From positions 34,782,001 to 34,846,000 of the forward strand of contig NC_092353.1 in assembly GCF_963676685.1 (NCBI RefSeq): a DNA stretch of 64,000 nucleotides, read 5' to 3'. Below the pieces are notes generated by a model, which saw only the letters and a program-made list of their open reading frames with translations, searched no databases and was not told the origin of the DNA. Both the position numbers and the translations under genes were made by a program. Positions 35,201 to 47,500 of the stretch are shown one piece after another (positions within the stretch are counted from its first letter, which is position 1; each line of letters begins with the position of its first letter). The stretch is from Mytilus edulis. Its lineage: Eukaryota.

Positions 35201-38200
35201 AACACATGAAACCTTGCCAATCGTATGTATAAAGGAGACCAACATCGCGACCTGTCATGTCTTTCTAAAATTCTAAAATGACTGCCTACATTTACTCAGG
35301 AACATATATATTGTTAGATATACTGTTCACAGATTTACTGTCGAAAGACAGTACAAACCATGCACAAATAATAAACTTCTAAACTTGAAAGTTGAGTGTA
35401 TATATAACCGGCAGTAACTACTTTATTTATATATACAAAACTCAGGCTTGAACCTTTGAGATTTAACATAAAGAATCAATTTGTTCATCAGTGAACGCCT
35501 ATACTATGTTTCAACTGTTAACATAAAGATAGGAATTTGAGGAAGTTAAAAGGTTATATGATACGTTCATGTCCGTCCAATAGTGACAACCTGAATGGAA
35601 GATATTCAATGAAAAGGATTCATTCACTACCCAACAACTATCAACGATGTGAAAATTACTAGGTTTGAATAACATTTTTCACAGCTTTTAAGATTTTACG
35701 TCTTCAAATTTTATAGATTGAAATCGTTCAATCAAATCTTGAGTTGACCGGTCAAGCGATAAGTGTTGCCTCTGACTTAAGAATGGGGTTCTGTTACAAA
35801 GTTTTGTGTATATGAATAAATACGCATAAATGTACGAATTAAAAAAAGAATCGACGCGTTTGAACGTAGCAAAATCAAAGTTACTCTCTATAAAAATATA
35901 AGAGCATCCTGAATTTTGATAGTTCGTGTTTTTTTTACTGCTTGACAAGAAAAAGGAGATTAAACGGGGATACTTTACAAACTATTGAAATAGTTAATCA
36001 TAAATACAAATTGTGTTTTAGATGTTTTTTTCAAACCTCTTTTTCGTACCGAAGAAAAAATTATTCACATTATGTCACATAAAGTAAAATACACCTCTCT
36101 CTCTCTTCACAAAGACACAGAAAGCAAGCATTTTTGAAGATAAATGAGCCTACACAAGTCACTGAATACCGGTATTATAACTGTAAATGAATGTAAAACT
36201 ATGTCCACGTTTATAAAAAAAGTACACTTGAGTGTACAGAAATTAGCATATATTAAAAATAAATCTCAAAATCATTCAAGCGGTCCTGTCATCGATGATG
36301 TAACTTTTATTTTTTATTTATTTTTGTGCACGGAACATATTCAATATTTAAAATTCTTTAAATATAATCGTTTGTGCCACCTGCGAATTGTTTATTCAAG
36401 TTTCATAATATTTAACAATGAAAGAAAAACATTGTGACTTGAAGGAAATAAAAAGCATACGTCCTTAAAAATCATTAAACATTGAATTTTAATAACCGAA
36501 AATCATACATTCATCTGCTCTCTCATTTTTATGCTTGTCGTGGCTACTTCGTTTAATCTTTTGAATTAAAACAGTCCTAACACTTCCTTACTTACAACAT
36601 TTTTTTCACTTTAAAAAACAAGGAAATTATTTATGTAAATTACACGTCAAAGTACATGCCTTTTTTCCCCTCAAGACATAATTATTAAAATCTATCTTAC
36701 ATTTTATTGTGAAAACCTGTAGTTTTGCATAATTAAATAAATGTCATAACTAATATTCTTACTAAAATTTGCTGACAGAACAGTCCACACCCACCACCCA
36801 CCCATTAATTAAATTGTTCGACATTCAGTGCGATATATATATATGTTCGTATAACACATTTTGGTGAAAAGTTTGTATGATATAGTTTAGTTTTTTTGTC
36901 ACGGTCCGATTGTCAAGTCAGAAAGGCGCATTACCATAAACTCCATATACGCCTGGACTAAGAGTTTACATTTTCAAAGTTGATATCATTTTTGAAGTGT
37001 ATGGCGTGTCCCGGTGGCGAATCCAGGGGTTAAAATCCCCGTTTTTTGCAAACAATGTATTTGAATGGGGACATATCGTTGTACCCCTCTTTTATCTTGG
37101 GTTGGGAACCCCTTTTTAAAAATGGCTGGATATACATTGTATAATACAATTTGTATGTCTCTGGTTGAATGTACCTGCGTTGATCATATGACCTTGACAT
37201 AACATTGCCCTTAAACTAGTACATATAATCAGTTACTAGTAATTAATTTCACATATTTGAATTTGTGAGAAACATTTCATCTTTCAAATCACCTGTAAAT
37301 TTCAGGTGGAAGTTTGAAACCCATTTAAATCATTCAAACAACGGGAGAACCGCGCCTTCCAATCATAGTCTGATAACCCTATATTATATACTTAATCCAT
37401 TTTGACTGACCAACAGGTTTGACTAAGATAAAGTACGTCGTGGTATTTGTAAACGAGAAATTGAAAGTTTAATATAACAAAAGGTAAACTTTTCAAGTAG
37501 AATATTTATTTGACAATCAGATCCAGAAGATACCAAGTAGAAAATCAAAAGTACAAAATAAAAGTGGGTTTTTACAACAGGCTGCTTAGTCATTAAACAT
37601 TTATTAGTTTATAGAAACATTGTGCTTAGTTTTTGTTGTTCTATTGACTTTGTTTTATTAAAATATTAAAAGTCGATATGTTTTTGTGTTTATATACAAT
37701 AGCATTTGTAATTAAAAGCCATGATTAATAGGCTTGTGAACTAGGTATTTCTTTTTCCAATGCAAACTATTTCCTTATATAATTGGCTACAGTAGTGGAG
37801 TAGGAAATAATTCCAATTGAACGGTTTATTCCTTGTCATTGATATAGTTGCATAGAAATGGAAATTGGGACGAACACTTCTATCAGAGTATACTTTGAAC
37901 ACACGATTTTGCCAATGCGTCCCAACATAAAGCAACATTACAAAAGGCAAACACTATAGGCTTAAAAGCTGCAGAGCTAAGGAAGAATTCACGTTTACAC
38001 CTTTTTCGTGGCCTAGGGGAAAATTCTTCTTTGGGTTGTTCATTTAAACAATCTAAATGTTGTTTTGCTTATGGAACTGTTTTCAAATTAATATACTGCT
38101 GAATCATGCATACAAAACGATGGAGAAACCTAACTCCACATTCATTGATTATATAAATGTGCATTTCATAAATAAATATAAAATAATTCCTTTTATCATA

Positions 38201-39559
38201 ATATTGATATTTTGTGTATAAAGTTTTGAATTAAAAACAATATTATTTCACTTACCTTGAGCAGGTGAAGTTTATTTTATGTCCTTTTCATTTATAATAA
38301 TTAATTATACAGTAATTATGTACGTTTCAAACTTCCATAGAATACTAATTACAAAGCTTTCGTTATGATAAATATAGACATTTAAATTTCACGACTCATC
38401 TAAAAACACGTGTGATCTTTCTTGAAAAAATACATCCACCTCCGAATGATATCACAAACAAAAGATAAAAATTCCAATTATTGTTACATTAAATGACACA
38501 TCCTTATTTTTATCTACATCTGCATTCATTAAATTTCGCCTGAATTAACGAATACACACCCAGTATTATACAGAACTAGTATTGTGTACCCCTAAAGCAA
38601 GTCAACTGAGACTATTTAAATGACAAAAACTAAACTATAAGCTTGACAAAGTGTAAATCTATTTAAATATTTACACTATATCCTGAACTAAACCTGGATG
38701 TTTATTTCTTAATAATTCATTGAACATACGAACAGGAGGGCTTAAGTAACTTCCTATACAGATCAATGCTCATTTAAATAGCTGGTTTGGAATACTTTCA
38801 CTCCATTGTACAGTTGCCACAGTTATCTTCCTATAAAACTTATATTTAGTGAATATTTGATGGAAACTGTTGCTGTCATAAGCAAAAGTAACGAATGCAT
38901 GGAAAAATAACGAATAATTGAAATAAAAAACGTATGCAACGCAAAAATGAAGACTCATCTATCTGCAAAACAATTAAGAACTTACAGAAAATTTGTCCGT
39001 GACTGATGGTGGACTATGAGTTCACGAAAGAGCAATTCGCAAAGCAGCCAGTGTATACGCTCCCAGTTAATGAAATCATTAAGTTTGAATTTTCCTCAGG
39101 CATAGCGACTTTATAAAGTGTTATACTATTAAACCTATTCTTTCCTTTTAGATAAAGTTAGTTTTAATGATATTTTATAGCGGATTTATTTTCTATTTAG
39201 AATAAAAATTGTAACCAATATTCTTCACTGTTTCATTAACAGAGATAAATACATGTCTTATCATTAAGATCGCCTACTAAGTCATTTGCGGTACGGATCG
39301 GTCAAACACATTTTTGAGGTCCCCAAAGGAAAGAAGAATATTATTTTTAAACTCTATTTACTACATTTGAAGTAACACTTTAACAAAATTTTAACAAACA
39401 GAATTTTTTAATTAATGAAATTGGCAATTGAATAATCTGATACAAATTCATTTTCGGTGTCTAATATAAATAGAAATAAGCAGATGTGGTATGAGACAAC
39501 TCTCCATCCAAGCCTTCTTCTGTGGTTTCTGGAAATCTAATGAGATGAAAGCAGCTGTC

Positions 39560-39900
39560 GATTTTCTCAGTGACTTTATATACTATTCGGCAATGCAGCC
39601 GTTTATCGACAGGTTAAGTGTATCCCGATTGGCACCAACTTTGCCCTTTTTACAGCCGACTTGTTCCTATATTGCTAGGAATCACAATGTATGACAAACA
39701 TGATTAAAACTAACAATATATATATAATATAAAATAACACTTAATAGACATATATTATATGCTGATGACACCTTTTCTTCAATACTCTTACTATGCTGAC
39801 AAAATTCACCTCAAAGAACTGACTTAATTCAATCTAATATAATTTTAAAACCGTTATGGTCCTTCTCTAAATTTGAATATTTCAGTTGTACACAGGAAAC
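39560..39900 (+). pseudogene. Decayed reverse transcriptase fragment (Penelope-like)
   Basis: From 39604: YRQVKCIPIGTNFALFTADLFLYC*ESQCM resembles the PLE motif yrQ..GipMGt..ap.lAdlfl, followed by a frameshifted YADD and an IHLKELT remnant. Confidence 0.75.
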
Positions 39901-40696
39901 TATAATACAATTGATAGCTTTATAATGAAATTTGGATAAAATTTTGGGTTTTTATATGTCATCTCTAAATCCAATTGGTTTGCTTATTATCACCAAAAAA
40001 AAAAAAATTTAAGTGCCCCTATCAATTTGAAATTCACAAGGTAAAAAGTCAATGTCACTGCAATCGAATCATTGGTGCATACTGTGCCTTATAACAACCT
40101 CTCCCTATTTATTTTGAAGCCACTGTATAAAACTTAAAGATATTTTTTTTGTATTTGTACTTTTTTCTCATGTACTTACAAGACAAGACAACATTCCACA
40201 GAAAAAGTTTAAGCTAAAGATTAAGCAACACAAACTACACCGGCAAAACCAGTCATATAATCAGGTGTTATTTAAGGAAATCAGTTCCCTATAGTGTAAA
40301 TAGATGGTGTTTCCAATTCAATTAAAAACTTGGTGATATCATAAGTAACATTTGGTGAAAAATGTTAGTTGTAACTTTTAAATCCATTGCTGATTGATTG
40401 TTGTTTGCTTTATGTCCAGCGACAAATATTAAATGCAAGTTCAAGATAAGTCTTAAACCTATGGCTGATTGATTGTTGTATGCTTTATGTCCAGTGACAA
40501 CTATTTCATGCACATTGAGGATGATGAAATTGAGAAAGGAAATGGGGAATGTGTCAAAGCGACAACAACCTGACCAGTCTTTTTAGTACATGGTTGATTG
40601 ATTGTTGTATGCTATATGTCCAGTGACAAATATTTCATGCACAATCAGGATGAGTTTTTCAGATAAGCATGAGAAATGATATTGTTTAATTTAAAT

Positions 40697-41276
40697 AACA
40701 AGAGCTGTCAAAATGACAGTAAACTGGATTCTTTAACATTTATTTGTGTTCTGGCATTTATCAATATTACAAGGACCAAAACTCCTAATAGGAAATTTTA
40801 AAAGGTTTGGTTGAACGGTTCATGAGTAAATGCACGGACACAACAATTTTTAAACTTTCAAGAACCGTAACTCCTGAACAGTAAAAGTCAAAATCGTCAT
40901 TATTGAACTTGACCTCCATTTTGTTGTCAGTAACAACATATTAAAATTTTAAAAGGTTTGGTTGAACGGTTCATGAGTAAATGCAGGGACACAACATTTT
41001 TTAAACTTTCAAGAATCGTAACTCCTGAACGGTAAAAGTCTTAATCGTCATTATTGAACTTGACCTCCATTTTGTTGTCAATAACAACATATTAAAATTT
41101 AAAAAGGTTTGGTTGAACGCTTCATGAGTAAATGCATGGACAACATTTGGTTGCCGCCCGCCCGCCCGACCGACCGCTGGACTGCCCGGCCACCCGCCTG
41201 CCTGACCGCCCGGCCGCCCGCCGTACATCCCCAAATCAATAACTGACATTTTTGACAAAAAAATCCAGTTAAAAAC
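40697..41276 (+). mobile_element. HINE-like element with ~159-bp tandem core and (GCCC)n tract
   Basis: 5' aactggatt is inverted to 3' aatccagtt; tandem blocks 40795-41145; GC-rich microsatellite 41153-41222. Confidence 0.78.
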
Positions 41277-41413
41277 AAACAAGTCAATATAAATTTACAA
41301 CATTTTATTTTCTTCAATCTGACCACTAATATTACAGAAAAATACTATTCTGCAATCAATAATTAACATCAGATGAGACCAAACTTCTCAACAGCCTTGT
41401 TATGGCAGCAGAT

Positions 41414-41578
41414 TCAAACTGTTCCAATGTCGACTGTATTTGGCTGCCAAGGAGTTGTTAGTTGGTGTCCTGAAGACAACCTCATTGGACTCTGTACCAG
41501 CCCACATGGATTGTAACCTTCTTGTTGATTTGCTGGTGATAGCTGATTTTGAGAAGCAGATGATCCCCTATCTATCAC
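41414..41578 (-). CDS. aGPCR terminal coding exon
   Basis: VIDRGSSASQNQLSP...WQPNTVDIGTV*; poly(A) signal ~105 nt after the stop. Confidence 0.75.
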   Translation of the reverse strand: MIDRGSSASQNQLSPANQQEGYNPCGLVQSPMRLSSGHQLTTPWQPNTVDIGTV

Positions 41579-44500
41579 CTGAAATGATTAAAAATAAACC
41601 ATAGATGATAATCTCAGAGGCATTCTGACTACACTGAATCGTTTAAATAATTGACTTTTTTTCCAGAATGCTTTATTTTTTTTAAAAGACAGTTTATAGA
41701 TATAGGAAGATGTGGTGTGAGTGCCAATGAGACAACTCTCCTTCCAAATAACAATTTATAAAAGTAAACCATTATAGGTCAATGTACAGCCTTCAGTACA
41801 GAGCCTTGGCTCACACCGAAAAACAAGCTATTAAGGGCCCCAAAATTACTAGTGTAAAACCATTCAAATAGGAAAACCAGCTGTCTTATCTATATAAAAA
41901 AATAAGAAAAAGAAACACATATAAATTACATAAACAAACGACAACTACTGTACATCAGATTCCTGACTTAGGACATGTGCAAACATTTGCGGCGGGATTT
42001 AAGGTTTTAATGGTACCAAACCTTCTCCCTTTTTCTGAAACAAAAGACAGTTTAGTTTACTATAAACTTGAAGGAAGGATAATATTTTAATAATATTATT
42101 GAAATTACTTGTGAAAAAAAGGAAATTTCAACCACAATTTAAATTCCAATGAGGTATAAAAAAAACTTGATATAGCACTATTGGATATAGTGGTATTACT
42201 ACAGTTCTTTAATAAGCTAATCATTATTTTATTCTGAACAGAAAATGAGCTGAAATGAGTGTCAATGTTAGATGCTTGCAATTTAATATTCTTATCAAAT
42301 CAAGTTCATTGTTTGAAGTATAAAGTTTATATTTTTTAAAACATAAGAAATACTAAAATAAAGATTCATGTTAAAAGTTTATTGTGGTATAATAAAAACA
42401 AGATGTGATATGATGGTTCCTTTTAAAACCAAGTTTAGTAAAGATATTGTCTTTGGCTAAAAGGCTATTGTTTGGAACTAAAATGTTGATAATCATAGGC
42501 CCATAATAGACTTAATCTTGACTCAGCTAAAAATGCAATTAAAAACACCTGGCTTTGTCAATGATAGTAAGCTACACTTTTATTTTATAAAGATTATAAC
42601 TATTTATAAAGTAGGATCATAACTATATGAACAGAAAGGAAATATGTGGTCAAACTTGTATCTTTAAGGTGGTATCTAACACTACAAGGAGATAACTCTG
42701 TAAGATAAGCTAAACGTGTTAATTACATTGTGTTGTTAAGGGAATATTTCAAAACTAGTGTCTGTCAAACTGCTATATAACCAGTGTAATTTTTCTGATA
42801 AAACTGTAGGTTCAAATTTTTTGAAACTTTTATATTTTTGTCAAAGGGTCAAAGTAAATACTTTGTCAAAATTTGTCAATTAATTTTAGTGAAGGTGTTG
42901 GGTACACCCTTAATTAGATAATTTTAGAAAAAGAATTTAAATTGGGGATCTTCACTATCATTTACCCTCTGTAGAATAAAATAGGACAATTCATTATTCA
43001 ACCTATTTAAAGTAAGTTTTTTTTCGTCACAGTAAGTTACTTCCCCTGTTTAATCATAAATTCTTGAAATTTGTATACCTTTACATGCTTTAGATTATTT
43101 TACCTGTTTATTTTTGTAATATTTTTTCAATGAACTATATAATACAAAGATAAATATAATAATAATAATACTCACTTGGTCTCAAAAAATTGAATATTAC
43201 AGGTAAAATTTTTAATTATTATCCATCAAAAGTTTTAAAATACATTTAAAGATATGTCTATATATTGCAACTATTTTAAAGTCCTAATGATCATTGTATA
43301 ATCTAAGACAAAACAGAATCACAAATTCTCACAAATACAATGATTGAATATTTTTATGTCAGTAATGAGAGTTGACCATTCTGAAGTATTGTATGAATTT
43401 TGGTAAATTTGTTAATTTCGAAATAAAAAATGACGCTGTAATTCAAATTTCTAATTTTCATGAATTTATAGAGCTGTTATTGGCTCTTTGTGCAAAAAAT
43501 TCAATTATGGAAAAGAAAAGAAGATTTAAAAAATAAAATGTTTTCCATATGTTGACAACTTTTTGATCATTTTTACCTGTTGTCCTATGGGAGATGGCTG
43601 GTTCTTAGGTCCAAACTTGTTCAGTAGTGACCCCTTTCTTTCTGGCTGAAAACAACAACATATAATATCAATAAATATTTATTGTACAGTTTTAAAGGGG
43701 ACAATTTGAATCTGAATTATTAGATAATTATTATGTTCACTGTTGATTAGTTTTGCTAACCCTAATTGGTAATCTGTTCATAAATACAGCAGTTCAATTT
43801 TAAACAAGAATCATGTAGAAAGAATTTACTTGTCTGCATCATCAAGCTGAAGAAAGTCTAATATTCTGCATAAAATCATTCAACTTTATTTGGGACAAGA
43901 AGTTAGAACATGTTAATATTATATGAAACACTAACCCTTCTTTGTTCTGGATCACAAGACATGTTAACATAATACTGTGAATTCATTTATTTTTGTGGGT
44001 ACCAATTTTTGTTGATTTAGAAAATATTGTATATTTTTGGATATTTTATTTCTTGTTTTAAGGCGAAGTGTACGTAATTGCACGCCTCTAGCGGAATACG
44101 GGATTAAAAACGTTCGTCGTTAGTTACGCAAGTTATCTCCCTTACTCCAAGAAAGAGAAACTACTTTCTGCGGTCTATAATGAATCCAACAAGCACGCCT
44201 GTGCTGTCTTAAACCTCATAGAAATTATCTAAATAACTCCAATTAGAAATCACAGCATTCTGTACGTTGTTCTGTGTGCAGCCTGACTTAAAAACACTGT
44301 TTTGTTTTTTGTTTTAGACGCGTAGGAGAAGGCATTTCGTGTTTATGATATCAACAGAAAGAAAAAACGCCTCACAACAAAATTATAAACAAATAAACAA
44401 ATAAACATGTAACAAATTTTCTTCTATTGATATCAAATCAATTAAAATGAAACCTGAATTGACCCAACAATATCGTTTTAAAAAGCCGTAGTCTTGAACG

Positions 44501-47500
44501 AAAAACACAGTACTCAACGTAAAGTTTTATAATAGATTACAAATAATTAATGAAAGACGTGTGAATTTAATTGTTTAATCAAAAAGACGTTGAAATTTTC
44601 GTATTTTGTGCAATTGAAAATTTAAGGACATGACTTATATTCATATAAGAAATCAGACGATACCAAGAGAATAATTTAATCTCTAGTGCAACACTTACAA
44701 GTCGGAAGAACAAAGACGGAAAACAAACAAAAAATAAAAAAATTATGCCCCAAAAATTACTCATTTACTTAAAAATTCTAACATTTATCTTAAAATAAGT
44801 AAAAATTATGTCATTCAACTTTTTCTACATACATACATGTGCAGAAAATAAACAGGTGTCTTCTATTCCGTCCGCAATTTATGGGAAAACTAAATCTAAA
44901 TTTAGAACCATATTGAAATTGAAAGTACACATGTAAGATAAAATATAACATGTCATTTTTTCTTTCACAAATTCCAATTTCGAAGAGATATATAGCGAAA
45001 TCTGTTTTCTTTTATTGTGCCTGTGTGCATCATTCAAAATTAGAGAATGTAATTTTGAAGTATCAAGTCTCAATTCAAGATTAAGAATGAATAGAATATA
45101 GAATTACGAGGGGGGGGGGAGGGGGTAGGACCTTTATCGGAACTCCGAAATCCGGGAATTCTTTTTCCGAATTTCGGGTAGTCGGGATTTGACTTTTTTT
45201 TAATTTGGGACCTCGCCGGATTTCGTGTTTTTAAGCCCGGGATTTCAGGATCTGGATCCCTCCTCCCCTCCTCCCTCTATTATGGTTAAAGAAAATAGGT
45301 CAGGGAAGTTTTGTGATACTTGTAACTGCAATTTAATATTCAGTGGAATGAGCGGTGAAATGTGTTCAGACTATTACATTTTGATGTTTTTTTAAATTTA
45401 ACCAAAGTTTACTGCAAGGGGTGTTTAACGACCTCGATGATTATCCATGAGGATCTCGCACTCGGTCAGCTAGTTCATTATCATACAAGAATTTAGAAGC
45501 CTGTGGTTACTAGTTTTATAATATGAGATTTTGGAGTTCATATAATTAACATTCAACATTTTTTATCGAATATTTCAAGGCTTTTTGACTATCAATGTTG
45601 ACCCCCCCCCCCCCTTTTTCAATTGATTGGATAAAACGAATGGATTGCCACCCCTATTTCAAACTGAAGTCCTATAAACTGACTGGTATTCGAATTTGTT
45701 AAAAGAAATAATTGGTATCTCTATTGATTCAATACCGTAATGCCAAAAATTTGTTTCCGCAAATTCCGAACAGCTAGAAATAGAAGCCCTTTCCATGTCC
45801 GATTTTCTCCCACACGAGAAATGTAGCATTCGTACATCAGCTGAAAAATACGACTGAATTATTCGGGTTACAATTTGTGTAAATCCCGAATGCACATAAA
45901 AGTAAAGGTCCAGCCCGACTTTCGGAAATGGACTGTTGTAGATTTCAGATTGATTTCCAGAAATAAAAATCATACAAAAATGTTTCACGCAAATATTCGT
46001 CTTCAGACGTGTAAAGTTATACAACGGTTACTAGCGGTCTGGATTGTGATAAAAAAAGAAGCGCATGCGATGCATAAAATATATAATGTCGTGGCTCAGA
46101 GATGTGTTGAATTATAGAGATGCTTATGCGGCACAAAGATAAGATTAACTTACCCAAATGTACTAAGAATTACCACACAACTTAAATTTACTTAAATATT
46201 GATTTGTTATCCTGTGCCAGACAGATGGCTGATATTCTGAGAAGAGACGTTGATGAAATGAAGTTTTATGAGAACAAAGATTTTGAAAACACGTCGCAGT
46301 GTTTAGATTTTAACAAAAAATAAGGCACCGAAGTCGAAAATAGTTCTAGTTTATAATGAAGAAAATGTCAACCGTTTTCTAGCTTGGCGATCTCCGCACG
46401 CACCCGAATATAATAGACAAATACAATACAATAGAACACAAAACGTAACATAAAGAACTTAAGATCGAGCAACACGAACTCCAACAAAACGGTATATATT
46501 TCATACAAGTATTATGGACTATATGAAGCGTCGTAACTGTTGCGGCGACGTCAATAACGTTGTCGTTGTTTTTTGTTCTTTTTACACTCAAGATTCAACT
46601 TTAACAGGGTATAGCTTGAAAAGTAGCACGGTTGCTAAGGACTTTCTTTGCACCAATCGATTCCTCAGACATTTTAGAATCGTCTCATAAATTTAAAAAA
46701 AAATCGATTGTCTAATATAATAGAAAATCTTGGAAATGTAACAATTCCTGCCGAATTTCACGATTTTCCCTATATATCCTTTGTAATTTTGGTGTATGAT
46801 GCTGTTAACTTTAACAGCTCGTATCTCAAAAACGAAAACGGTTACCCCCTTTTTTTATTTTATTTTCCGATTTATTTTTACAAGCAGAATCTACATGTAA
46901 AATTTTAAAAACATCCATTGTGTAGTTTAATTACGTACACTTCGCCTTAAATGCCAATGTCATTACAATTGATAATTGATAGTGCGTCTTTCTATGTTGT
47001 GATGTTATAATATTGTTTCAGAAAAGGGAGAATGTTTGGTACCATTAAAATCGTTTAATCCAGCTGCAATTGTTTGCACATGTAATAAGTCAGGAATCTA
47101 ATGTTCAGTGGTTGTCGTCTGTTTATGTGGTTCATATGTGTTTCTCGATTTTGTTTTTATATAGATAAGACCATTGGTTTTACCTTTTGAATGGTTTTAC
47201 ACTAGTAATTTTTGGGGCCCTTTAAAGCTTTCTGTTCAGTGTGAGCCAAAGCTCTGTGTTGAAGGCCGTACCTTGACCTATAATGGTTTACTTTTATAAA
47301 TTGTGACTTGGATTGAGAGTTGTCTCATTAGCACTCATACCATATCTTTCTATATCTAAGCATTCTACTCCAAGACAAGCAATACTGATTTACATTTTGT
47401 ATTTTGCTTCATAATGCCTAATCACAAGCTCTCTATAACCTTGAAGACCATGTCTGCTGCAAACTTCAATTGCTTTATTTGTTACTCTATATACCACCTT

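Noticed and set aside
41001-41326. Gly/Arg-rich ORFs
   Set aside because: Translations of the (GCCC)n microsatellite of a HINE-like element.
41414-41428. PDZ-binding motif at the GPCR C-terminus (IGTV)
   Set aside because: Position -2 is Gly, not Ser/Thr or hydrophobic, so it does not fit class I or II.
43830-43846. 17-nt candidate microexon (ttcag|CTTGATGATGCAGACAA|gtaaat) in the GPCR tail
   Set aside because: It would shift the frame of the downstream exons, and I found no compensating exon.
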